Below, piece after piece: positions 50,680-59,562 of a DNA stretch of 64,000 bases. This DNA comes from an uncultured Desulfobacter sp. (lineage in GTDB: Bacteria; Desulfobacterota; Desulfobacteria; Desulfobacterales; Desulfobacteraceae): NCBI GenBank assembly GCA_963665095.1, contig OY762069.1, forward strand, positions 3,232,001 to 3,296,000, in the 5' to 3' direction. The translations under genes and the position numbers were made by a program. Positions within the stretch are counted from its first letter, which is position 1. Each line of letters starts with the position of its first letter. The notes beneath the pieces were generated by a model. It saw only the letters and a list, made by a program, of their open reading frames with translations. It did no database searches and was not told the origin of the DNA.

Positions 50680-51039
50680 AAGCCAGGCCGGCCATGACCT
50701 TGTTGTCAAAGCCGATGATCACGGCCCATTTCCCGGCGATTTTGCCCAGGCCGTCCACCACATTGGAGGTGCCTTCCACATTATCCGCCGGGTTGAACAG
50801 GGTGTGAAGCGGCGTCCAGGTGCCGGGATCCACAATATAGTCAATGCGCTGCCACCCTTCATCTGGCCGCGCTGGTTAATTTTTTCTTCCGGAAGCCCGG
50901 CATTTTAAACTGCGTCCACAGCAGCCGCAATATCATTTTCAGCCGCGGCCACCTCATCATAATTAGCCTGGGTCCGTTTCAGGGTGCCCTGTTTCAGGGC
51001 TTTGCCAAAGGGCGTCATCTTCTCAAAATAGGATTTCAT
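50680..51039 (-). pseudogene. gcdA: Glutaconyl-CoA decarboxylase alpha (carboxyltransferase) N-terminal remnant
   Basis: MKSYFEKMTPFGK..., in-frame TAA at 50905-50907, frameshift near 50857, then WQRIDYIVDPGTWTPL...GFDNKVMAG, followed by a jump into gcdB. Confidence 0.8.
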
Positions 51040-51147
51040 TTAGAACCTTCCTTGCAAAACGATTTGAACTATCCGGCAATCCGTGTCCGGCGGTTAACAT
51101 TCTTTTTTTTTTGACGTTCTCTGAAAATAGATATTTTGAGAGGGCTT

Positions 51148-51363
51148 CTAATCAATAACAGCTAAAAGATCGTCCTCTTCCACAGACGCGCCTTCCTTAG
51201 CCCCGATTTTAGATATGGTACCGGAACAGGGCGCAAATACCGGGGTCTCCATTTTCATGGCTTCAATCACCATGATTTCGTTGTCTTCTTCCACAGCGGC
51301 ACCTACTTCAAAACCGATGCTGATCACTTTTCCGGACAAAGGCGCTAAAACTTCTTCAGACAT
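51148..51363 (-). CDS. Biotin carboxyl carrier protein
   Basis: APLSGKV, EAMKME biotinylation motif. Confidence 0.92.
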   Translation of the reverse strand: MSEEVLAPLSGKVISIGFEVGAAVEEDNEIMVIEAMKMETPVFAPCSGTISKIGAKEGASVEEDDLLAVID

Positions 51364-51470
51364 GTTGTATCTCCTTGGTTTTCGCTAAAGGGTTCTTTTG
51401 AGATGGTTTTTAGTACATCGTTTGTGTCATCATGCAGTCTCCTTTGCCGGGAACCGCCTGATGACAGCAG

Positions 51471-52634
51471 TTACCGGTTGGCTTTTCTGATGCCCAGCTG
51501 ATCAAGAGCGATGATCCATTTGCAGATATTGGCAGAGCCTTCCACCATGGAATAGGTGGGTGCATCCTTGTAATATCTTGCCACGGGATATTCCGTGGAG
51601 TACCCGTAAGCCCCCAGGATTCTCATGGCATAGTTGGAGCATTTGGTGGCGACCTCTCCGGCCAGGTATTTGGCCATGGCAACATCCAGACCGTTATTAA
51701 GATTTCGCTGGTCCTTGACCCAGGCAGCCTTGTAGACAACCAGGCGGGCCGCTTCGATTTCTGCAGCCATCTGGGCGATCATGTCCTGGTTCATCTGGAA
51801 TTCACCGATTTTCTTGCCGAACTGCTTTCTTTCGTTACAGTATTTGGTGGCTTCATCCAGGCAGGCCTGGGCAAGTCCGACGCCCCCGGCAGCTGCAGAC
51901 AGACGTGTTTGATTTAACGAGGAGAACACAATCTTGGCACCGTCGCCGGGCTTGCCCAGGATGTTTTCCTTGGGAACCTTTACGTTATCCAGGAAAAGCT
52001 CGCCTGTGGGAGAGGAGTGGGAACCCACTTTTTCCAGGGAGGAGGTTTTTATCCCTCCAAAATTTTTAGGCTCAATGACAAATGCAGACAGGCCCTTGGA
52101 ACCGGCAGCCCTGTCCGTGTATGCGTAATAGATCAGAACATCGGCCACACTGGCGTTGGAAATCCAGGTTTTGTTGCCGTTGAGCAGCCAGTGGTCGCCC
52201 TTGTCTTCCGCTGTGGAGCTCATGGCCATGACATCGGAACCCGCATCCGGCTCGGTGATCCCGAATCCACCGATATATTCGGCCGTACACAGCTTTTCTA
52301 CATATTTTTTTCTGACCTCTTCGTTGCCGTACCGGTAAATGGTATATCCGCAGCCCAGCACCTGCATGTTAACCTGGACCCTGAGAGAGGAACAGGCTCT
52401 TGCCAGCTCTTCAGTGACGATCATGGCCGCAAGAAAGCCCATGTCTTCTCCGCCGTACTCCTCCGGGACCACGGTACCGAAATACCCGAGCTCACCCAAG
52501 GGTCTCATGACTTCGTTTATTGGCAGGTAATGATCATGGTCCCACTGTTCCACATAGGGCTCGATCTGTTTTTTCGCAAATTTTCTGACCTCTTTTTGAA
52601 GCATCTGAAGTTCTTTAGACAGCTGAAAATCCAT
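51471..52634 (-). CDS. acd: Glutaryl-CoA dehydrogenase (non-decarboxylating)
   Basis: Closely resembles the Desulfococcus multivorans enzyme as recalled (MDF.LSKELQMLQKEVR, FGITEPDAGSDVMAMSSTAEDKGDHW, MVEGSANICK, DQLG.RKANR). Adjacent to biotin carrier and decarboxylase genes. Confidence 0.9.
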   Translation of the reverse strand: MDFQLSKELQMLQKEVRKFAKKQIEPYVEQWDHDHYLPINEVMRPLGELGYFGTVVPEEYGGEDMGFLAAMIVTEELARACSSLRVQVNMQVLGCGYTIYRYGNEEVRKKYVEKLCTAEYIGGFGITEPDAGSDVMAMSSTAEDKGDHWLLNGNKTWISNASVADVLIYYAYTDRAAGSKGLSAFVIEPKNFGGIKTSSLEKVGSHSSPTGELFLDNVKVPKENILGKPGDGAKIVFSSLNQTRLSAAAGGVGLAQACLDEATKYCNERKQFGKKIGEFQMNQDMIAQMAAEIEAARLVVYKAAWVKDQRNLNNGLDVAMAKYLAGEVATKCSNYAMRILGAYGYSTEYPVARYYKDAPTYSMVEGSANICKWIIALDQLGIRKANR

Positions 52635-52698
52635 AACTCTCTCCTTTGGTATCTGACATTGCTAAAATGAGTGGCTTTTACCTTGCCAACGCCTTAGG

Positions 52699-52715
52699 AG
52701 CATTTTCCATGCCGA
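52699..52715 (-). promoter_or_regulatory. Sigma-54 promoter for acd-gcd
   Basis: TCGGCATGGAAAATGCT fits GG-N10-GC. It is overlapped by the palindrome atgccgaaaaaa-N7-ttttttcggcat (52709-52739). Confidence 0.7.
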
Positions 52716-53030
52716 AAAAATTTAATATTTTTTCGGCATATTTTCAGGCTGTTAAATTAAAAAAAACTTGAAAGAGCGGTTAACGAACCATGAACTTCGT
52801 GCGGAATTCGCTCGATCATAATGGAAGATATCAGGAGTAATACACAGCTGAACAGTGCAGGCAAATTATTTCTGACCGGTTAGACTATAAAAATGAAATT
52901 TAGGCATTGCGCGGGAATAAATAGCGCAATATTGCGCCGAATTTTGCTCCATATACAAGGCGTGTTAAATACAACGAAGTAGATGGAGCAAAAAACAGGC
53001 AAGATGTGCTATTTATTTTTGTGTAAGGCT

Positions 53031-54500
53031 TTAAGGCAGGCGGATTTTTCGTTTGTCGATTTCCCATAGTTCTGTAGGGCCATAGCCTGTTAGAGTTTGT
53101 AATTGTCTAAAATTAAAAGAGGACCAGAATTTACCCTTTTGGTCCTTAGACATAAACGCGGCAGCCATATAACGATATTCACCTTTCAAGACCCACCAGT
53201 CCTTATCGGTAATAGCTATTTTATCCGGATTTACACCCCGATCCTTTAGGAATCCGATCAGCTGACTTTCCAACGCTTTATTAACATATCCGGCAGCTGG
53301 GAATGGCTGGGGGCGGTTAGCCCATTCCTCTTTCTTCTGGTGCCAGATATTGTTTTGTTTTTCAAGATTTGAAAGCTGTTTAGAAAATTTTGCAGCCTGG
53401 TCCGGGATTGTATCAGACATCTTTTTGATCTGCTCTTTTTGGTAGTCTATTTTTTTCTGACTAAGAACAAAAAGATAGGTCCCGGATTCTGGTTTCCAGG
53501 TTTTATTTTTTTCGAATTGTTGGCTCCAGTCATCCAGGGTACGTTTTACAGGACCTGCCATGTTTCCGGATTCTGCATTACGATCCTTTTCATAGACCTC
53601 AATTTTAAATTTCAAGTCACTTGACGCTTGGGACAGCTCATGTGTCAGTGCCTTCCCTGACGTTTGTTTTTCAAAATCGGCCAAAAGCGTTTGGGCGTCT
53701 TTAAAGTATTGGTCCTGTTTTTCAAGGGCATCCTTATTTCGAATCCCTGGGAACTGCAATCGTTTGGCTCCTTTATAATCGATATAGGGTTTAATCCTTG
53801 GAAGCCACGTCTGGTTCATGGTTTCAGCATCAGCCTTGGCAGATGCTGCGGCAGCGGATATTTGATTGCTTTGATTCTCCACTTTCTGTTTAAAAGCAGC
53901 AAATTTGGCCTGCATCTCTTTGAGCTGTGCGAACCCTGCAGCCACATCGGGATTATTGGGGTCTGCCTTATTATTAGTAATGACTCTGTCCAGATAGGAT
54001 TGTGCACCCTGCAATCTTTGCTCAGCATTTGCACTATAGGATTTAACCAGGTTGAACTCATTGGTCTTTAACGCTTTTTCGCCTTGGTCCATTTCGCTTT
54101 GTGCAAACTTCATTTCACCATAGGCTGATTTTAAATTGGATTTAGCCCCGTGACTAAGTGGTTTAGGTCCTGAATTACTTGGTGCTGGTGCGGTTGAAGT
54201 CGTTGTACCAACGGAATTACTACCAAGCTTTTTATCAACCATTTTTTTTGTGCGATCGTATTTACCTTGAATTGATTTCAATGATTTATAACCAGGATCG
54301 GCAGCTTTTATCTCTTCTATAAGCTGTTTTACCTGGTTTAAAAGCTCATCTGCTTCAGTGGTTTTCCGGGAATAGTAATTGCGCTCCGCATCACGGATCA
54401 ATTTATTGGCTTTTTTTGACAGGTCCGCCACCGAATCAGAAGCCCAAACAAAATTAGTTGAACAAAAACACAATAAAAGAATCATGATTAGTTTTTTCAT
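53031..54500 (-). CDS. Hypothetical exported protein (helical, with a small C-terminal alpha/beta domain)
   Basis: Signal peptide MKKLIMILLLCFCSTNFVWA, Lys/Gln/Ala-rich helices, visibly more AT-rich than its neighbours. Confidence 0.8.
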   Translation of the reverse strand: MKKLIMILLLCFCSTNFVWASDSVADLSKKANKLIRDAERNYYSRKTTEADELLNQVKQLIEEIKAADPGYKSLKSIQGKYDRTKKMVDKKLGSNSVGTTTSTAPAPSNSGPKPLSHGAKSNLKSAYGEMKFAQSEMDQGEKALKTNEFNLVKSYSANAEQRLQGAQSYLDRVITNNKADPNNPDVAAGFAQLKEMQAKFAAFKQKVENQSNQISAAAASAKADAETMNQTWLPRIKPYIDYKGAKRLQFPGIRNKDALEKQDQYFKDAQTLLADFEKQTSGKALTHELSQASSDLKFKIEVYEKDRNAESGNMAGPVKRTLDDWSQQFEKNKTWKPESGTYLFVLSQKKIDYQKEQIKKMSDTIPDQAAKFSKQLSNLEKQNNIWHQKKEEWANRPQPFPAAGYVNKALESQLIGFLKDRGVNPDKIAITDKDWWVLKGEYRYMAAAFMSKDQKGKFWSSFNFRQLQTLTGYGPTELWEIDKRKIRLP

Positions 54501-54866
54501 TTTTTTTTCCTTTTCTCGGGTTGATTCCATAGGTTGACTGAACTTACGTGTATTGAACTCTATGCGTAGTGCCCTCCTTTTTATTAAGACAGATTACGTG
54601 TGCAATTTCAGAAGACAAATCGTCTCCCTGGCTAATTTAAAAAAAATCGCAAGATAATCTTACAGCACCCATTATTCTTTTCGTAAAAACAGAATAATGG
54701 ATGCCAATACTAAACCGACGTAAATGATGAAATCATATAGAATAGAAAATGACAGATGTCAACGCCATAACCATTTGACTTTTAAAGGCAGTTATATTGA
54801 GATATTTTTTATATAATAATTAGTGTTCAACCACTATTTATGTAGCGCTCAAGCCCTTTGGATCAT

Positions 54867-55826
54867 CTATCTGACAATTTTATCTGCCATCACAAGTATC
54901 CCTGTGGGAAGGTGCACCCCGATCTTTTTGGCAGTCTTGAGATTCACCGTAATGCTGAAATGCTCTGAAGTGACCGCCGGAACCCTGGAGGGGTGACTGC
55001 CGTTGAGGACGGCATCCGCCTTTTGGGCGGCAAGTCCCCCCAGATGATAATAATCGGGGACCAGACCCATCATGGCCCCTTCGCTGGTCACCATCTCTTC
55101 CAGTGCGGCCAGGGAGGGAAGCGAACCGGCATTGACCTTTTCTACGATGCGTTGTCCCAGGGTTTTAATGGTGGAGTCGGAAGGAAAATAGATGGCATCC
55201 ACCTTTGTTTCAAATTTATCCAGAACAGGGATGACATCCAGGTCCGAAGTAATTCTAAAGTGAACCAGCTTAAATCCTTTAATTCTGGCAAGTTGATTTA
55301 ATTCACTGACCTGAATCACTGAGTTCTGCTCCACGGGATTGTAGATCACCCCCAGGCGGGTGAAAGGCACCACTTTTTTAAGGGCCTTAATCTGGCTTGA
55401 GAGGGGTACCATGCTGGAAACACCGGTGGCATTGTTACCCGGAGCGCGCCAGCTTTCAATGATGCCTGATTCCACAGGTCGTGTCACAATATTAAAAATG
55501 ACAGGGATATCTTTGATTGCCGCCACCACCTGTTTGGTGGCGGTGGTGCCAAATACATAGATTAAATCGGGTCTGGCTTCTTTTATCCGGGGCAGCATCT
55601 GATTAAGAGACTCAAGGTTCTGTCGGCAGTTGAAGATGGTATAGGAGGGTGAGTATCCAAGATTTTCAAGTCCCTGGACAAATCCGGTTTCCGCCCGGGT
55701 TTTTCCCCGCCAGGTGACCATGACGATTTCAGGACGGCTGTCAAATTCTGAAGCTTGGCAGATCGGATGGAAAAACACCCCCCAGACAAGAAGAATTATC
55801 ATCAGAACTCTCAAATCAGCCTCCAC
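54867..55826 (-). CDS. ABC-type substrate-binding protein (ABC_sub_bind family)
   Basis: PDLIYVFGTTA, DIPVIF, GNNATGVS, LGVIYNPVEQNS, VNLKTAKKIG. Confidence 0.88.
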   Translation of the reverse strand: MEADLRVLMIILLVWGVFFHPICQASEFDSRPEIVMVTWRGKTRAETGFVQGLENLGYSPSYTIFNCRQNLESLNQMLPRIKEARPDLIYVFGTTATKQVVAAIKDIPVIFNIVTRPVESGIIESWRAPGNNATGVSSMVPLSSQIKALKKVVPFTRLGVIYNPVEQNSVIQVSELNQLARIKGFKLVHFRITSDLDVIPVLDKFETKVDAIYFPSDSTIKTLGQRIVEKVNAGSLPSLAALEEMVTSEGAMMGLVPDYYHLGGLAAQKADAVLNGSHPSRVPAVTSEHFSITVNLKTAKKIGVHLPTGILVMADKIVR

Positions 55827-56144
55827 CTTTTAATCGGTTGAACTTCTTTTGTCTGCTCTGTACGATCCCTGAAATTAACCTGAAATCACATAATGTATCA
55901 GGCCCAATCGTTTTCGGATTAACACAATTAACCAATTGGAACAAGCACCTTTTTTTTGCTCAAGGTCCCAATTGACACTCTGCAGGCTAAAAATGTTATC
56001 CCCGGCCTTGATCATTTTTTCCTGATCCGGACTCTATTTTTTCAGACTCTTATATGATATGGTTTTTTGCTTTAACACAAATGTGCTGACAGCACAGCAT
56101 TGGTTAAAAAGATTTATTTGGAAGTTTGAGGAGATATTCCCCAT

Positions 56145-58022
56145 ATGGGACGTTTGAATGATTTTGAACTGACTATTAGAAAGGTCAGTGACACTCCTTT
56201 GACCTATGATGCCCTGATCCCTTCGGATTGCACTTTTTTCCAGGATGTCAGGCGCTATCAGAGTTCCGGGCCTCACCTGGAAATACGGATCATTCCGGTA
56301 AACGGACGGTTTGAACTGGACCCGGATATGGAGCCGGTATCCTTTAATAAACTGAGCGTGGCTGAACGTAAAGCCCTGGTGGACTATCTGACCGTACGGG
56401 TGGCCCGGGGAGATAATATCGGGTATGCCTGGGCGTTTTTCAAATCCCCGGATAAAAAACGCAGCATGGTGGCTTTTGGCGGCAATGTGGTACACAGCGA
56501 TACGGCCATGGGCAAGGAGCGGGTGGCACAATTACTCTCCCTTTTGCAGAAGCAAAAAGGGATTTCCAAAATGAAACGGCGGCTGGTGCCCTGGATTTCG
56601 GCCATTCTCATCATCGGGCTGATGGTGGGGGCCGGGTTCAAATACGGCCATCTGATCAAGCAGTTGCCCTTTATCAGCTCCATCGGCCAGCATTCCGGTC
56701 CTGAGATGGATTTCTACAAAATGGTCTTCCCCACCCTGTATGATTGGCTGGATGAGGGCGAACCTGAGCAGAAGGATGTGGCAAAAAAACTTTTAAAACC
56801 CGTCTATGTCGACTGCCTGCTTCACACCATGGAGGAAAGAAGTTACCGCCAGGAGGGTGAGGATCCCATGAACCTGGGCAACCGGCTCATTCTCTTTGTC
56901 TATTTCAACTATAACACTGAGGTGGCCGCTCTCATCAATGAACGCCGGGAAGTGCTGGACGGCACGGAATTCATGCGCCTTTGCAGGATCTACTCCACCC
57001 GGCAGTCCGGCTATGCCTCCAATATTTTCTACTTCAAGGTGGGCGATCTTAATATCAAACATACCGAGATCTCCAATTACATGAAGCAGAACATGATCAC
57101 CTACCGGGACTTCAAAAAGATCCGGGATGAAAATGCCTTTGCCGAACTGATGCAAAGCGATAACGTCAGTTATAAAATGAAAGGGTTTCTGGAAAACGTC
57201 TACACCTTTACCCCCCTTCGCATTGAAACAAAAGACCAGGGGCATGCCTGGCATCTGCTCACCAGAAGAAATGCGTCAGGCAAGATCGATTTTGCCGCCT
57301 TTTTCAATCAGGAAAGTGCAACGCTGGTTCCCAAACGCATCGGCAACCAGGTACTGGATACCAACGGACTTCCCGACGACATGACCTGGTACGGTATAGC
57401 TGACGGCCAGGCCCGTCAGCTCAAACTATCCAGCAATTCCCTGACCTATTTCAGCGCTGAGACCGGCCAGGTGCATCAGCTGGCCATCATCGAAGACAGA
57501 ATCGGCACATTCGGTTTGAAACCCCTTGATGCCAGCCAGATCAAAGCCAGCGTCCACAGGGAACTGCTCATGGGGGATATGAAGGGCAAGTACGGCATCC
57601 AGACCAATGATCCCATCACAAGTCTGGTGCTTTCCAATCTGATCACCAAATCCTCATTTGAACAGGAGGCCAATGTCTCCCTGAAACGGGATCCCATCCA
57701 GTTCAACACCACCCTGGTCCAGTTGTCCAAGGACGACAGCTTCTCGGTGCAGTCCGTCACCATCACGCCGGGAACCACCAACGTCATCCGGCTGTTTGAA
57801 CCCCTGGACAGCTTTATTGCCACTTTCAAGGACGGCACGACCGCCACCTTTGAAAAAGCAAGCGTCAATCTGTTCAACCCCTTTACTTTTATGGTATCCA
57901 GGGATAGCATAACCCTGTGTTTCCGAAATGATATCAATGACATGAAGATTTCGGCCGGTGATACCCAGCTTCAAATCATCAAGGCCAGGGACGGAAACTA
58001 TCAGATTATAAAAACCCTTTAA
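56145..58022 (+). CDS. Hypothetical single-pass membrane protein
   Basis: GAGGAG RBS, one TM segment (LVPWISAILIIGLMVGAGF) after about 145 aa, large C-terminal region. Confidence 0.8.
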   Translation: MGRLNDFELTIRKVSDTPLTYDALIPSDCTFFQDVRRYQSSGPHLEIRIIPVNGRFELDPDMEPVSFNKLSVAERKALVDYLTVRVARGDNIGYAWAFFKSPDKKRSMVAFGGNVVHSDTAMGKERVAQLLSLLQKQKGISKMKRRLVPWISAILIIGLMVGAGFKYGHLIKQLPFISSIGQHSGPEMDFYKMVFPTLYDWLDEGEPEQKDVAKKLLKPVYVDCLLHTMEERSYRQEGEDPMNLGNRLILFVYFNYNTEVAALINERREVLDGTEFMRLCRIYSTRQSGYASNIFYFKVGDLNIKHTEISNYMKQNMITYRDFKKIRDENAFAELMQSDNVSYKMKGFLENVYTFTPLRIETKDQGHAWHLLTRRNASGKIDFAAFFNQESATLVPKRIGNQVLDTNGLPDDMTWYGIADGQARQLKLSSNSLTYFSAETGQVHQLAIIEDRIGTFGLKPLDASQIKASVHRELLMGDMKGKYGIQTNDPITSLVLSNLITKSSFEQEANVSLKRDPIQFNTTLVQLSKDDSFSVQSVTITPGTTNVIRLFEPLDSFIATFKDGTTATFEKASVNLFNPFTFMVSRDSITLCFRNDINDMKISAGDTQLQIIKARDGNYQIIKTL

Positions 58023-58056
58023 TTGAAAAGTGTTTTAAGGAGTTTTAGTACCGCAT

Positions 58057-59562
58057 ATGTTTGACAACGCAGACCGCCTTTCCAGGGTCCAGAAAGAGAT
58101 CCGGGATGTCGTCCACCAGCTTGCCGATCTTCCGGCCCAGCAGGCAGACCGGGTGAACCGCATCATTGACCGGTGCCAGCAGTGCCTGAAGACCGCACCG
58201 GCGCCTGACACCCCTGTATATATTCACATCACCGGCACGGATAAATCGTTTAAGACCAGCTACCTGCTGGACCTGTTTGATAATGACACGCTGCGGGAGC
58301 TGTTTGCCGTCAAGCAGCGTAACACCTCGGAGAACACCGCCGTTCCCTGTCTTGTGGAGCCGGTCTCCTGGGCGGATGAGGTGGTGGTAAGCCAGGTATC
58401 CATCTCCACGGGCAATGTGATCCGGGACAAGCTGACCAAAGAGCAGTTCAACCGGCTCTATGATCTCTCCTCCGGAGCGGAACCCGATGACTATCTCATC
58501 CGGGTGGCTGTGCCCGAAGGCCAGACCCCCATGACCCGGCCCGCCATTGAGTACCCGGGCATCAAAGAGGGGGCGGACGCCATTGAGTTCCAGAAGGAGC
58601 GCCATGAAAAGTTCCAGACCAATATGCTGGACTGCCTGGAGCGCTACCCAGGCATTTTCGTGGCCTGTTTCCAGCATAAAATTGCCATTCCGCCGGGACA
58701 TCCTTTAGACGCCATTCTCAAAAAATACCGCGCCGTGCTTGAGACCACCCACCATTACCAGAAGCTGCCGCTGATTTTATCCTTACAGGGAGACAGTGCC
58801 GTGGCCAGCTACTGCGGCAACACCAATGTGGCGCAGGATCTGGAAAGTGATTTCAAAAGCTATAAGGCCTTTGAGACCGTGGTTCAGCTGGTAAACCCCT
58901 GCAATGGCGAATATCCGGTGACCTTTATCTCGCCGGGTCCCCATGTGGACACCTGGATCAGAAATCTGTCCCGGTACAAAAGTCTGCGGGAAATAAAAGA
59001 CCAGATCAAAGCAGACGGCGGGATTGCCTGGTCAAGACAGATGCTTGAGGAGGTCTGCACCACCTCCAATATCCGGGATGCCCTGGACAATATGTTCATC
59101 CGGCCCTGGCTGGCCCAGGCGGAAAAACTGCACGGCCAGGCTGTGGACCTTTTGTATGAACTTGAAAGCTATGACGAAGTGGCCGAAGTTAAGGAACGGA
59201 TGCGCAAAGCGGTTCTCAACGGCACCTACCAGGGGCTTCGCAAGTACTTTGCCTCTGAGCTTGAATACTTTGAAGACGGGGTGATCCGGGACCACAAGGA
59301 ATTCTGGACCGGCATATTCACCCGTTACCTGGATCAGTTCCTGGCAGACACCCAGAGAAGTGAAGGCTTGTCCCAGGTGCTGTGGGAACGGCTGCATAAG
59401 CGGCTGGATCCTGAAAGCAAAGGGTTCTTAAGTTCAAAGGAAAAGGACCTGCCCCATATTATCATGAACATGGCGGAATTTTACGTGCCCAATACACTGA
59501 TGCGCGGGGATTTCACCCTTCTGGAAAGAGATATTAAGGAGGATGCCTCCCATGCGGTTTAA
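58057..59562 (+). CDS. Divergent dynamin-like / P-loop GTPase-fold protein
   Basis: N-terminal helices, then IHITGTDKSFKTS (G1-like), ENTAVP (G2-like), IEYPG (G3-like), LILSLQGD (G4-like), then a helical tail. Confidence 0.6.
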   Translation: MFDNADRLSRVQKEIRDVVHQLADLPAQQADRVNRIIDRCQQCLKTAPAPDTPVYIHITGTDKSFKTSYLLDLFDNDTLRELFAVKQRNTSENTAVPCLVEPVSWADEVVVSQVSISTGNVIRDKLTKEQFNRLYDLSSGAEPDDYLIRVAVPEGQTPMTRPAIEYPGIKEGADAIEFQKERHEKFQTNMLDCLERYPGIFVACFQHKIAIPPGHPLDAILKKYRAVLETTHHYQKLPLILSLQGDSAVASYCGNTNVAQDLESDFKSYKAFETVVQLVNPCNGEYPVTFISPGPHVDTWIRNLSRYKSLREIKDQIKADGGIAWSRQMLEEVCTTSNIRDALDNMFIRPWLAQAEKLHGQAVDLLYELESYDEVAEVKERMRKAVLNGTYQGLRKYFASELEYFEDGVIRDHKEFWTGIFTRYLDQFLADTQRSEGLSQVLWERLHKRLDPESKGFLSSKEKDLPHIIMNMAEFYVPNTLMRGDFTLLERDIKEDASHAV

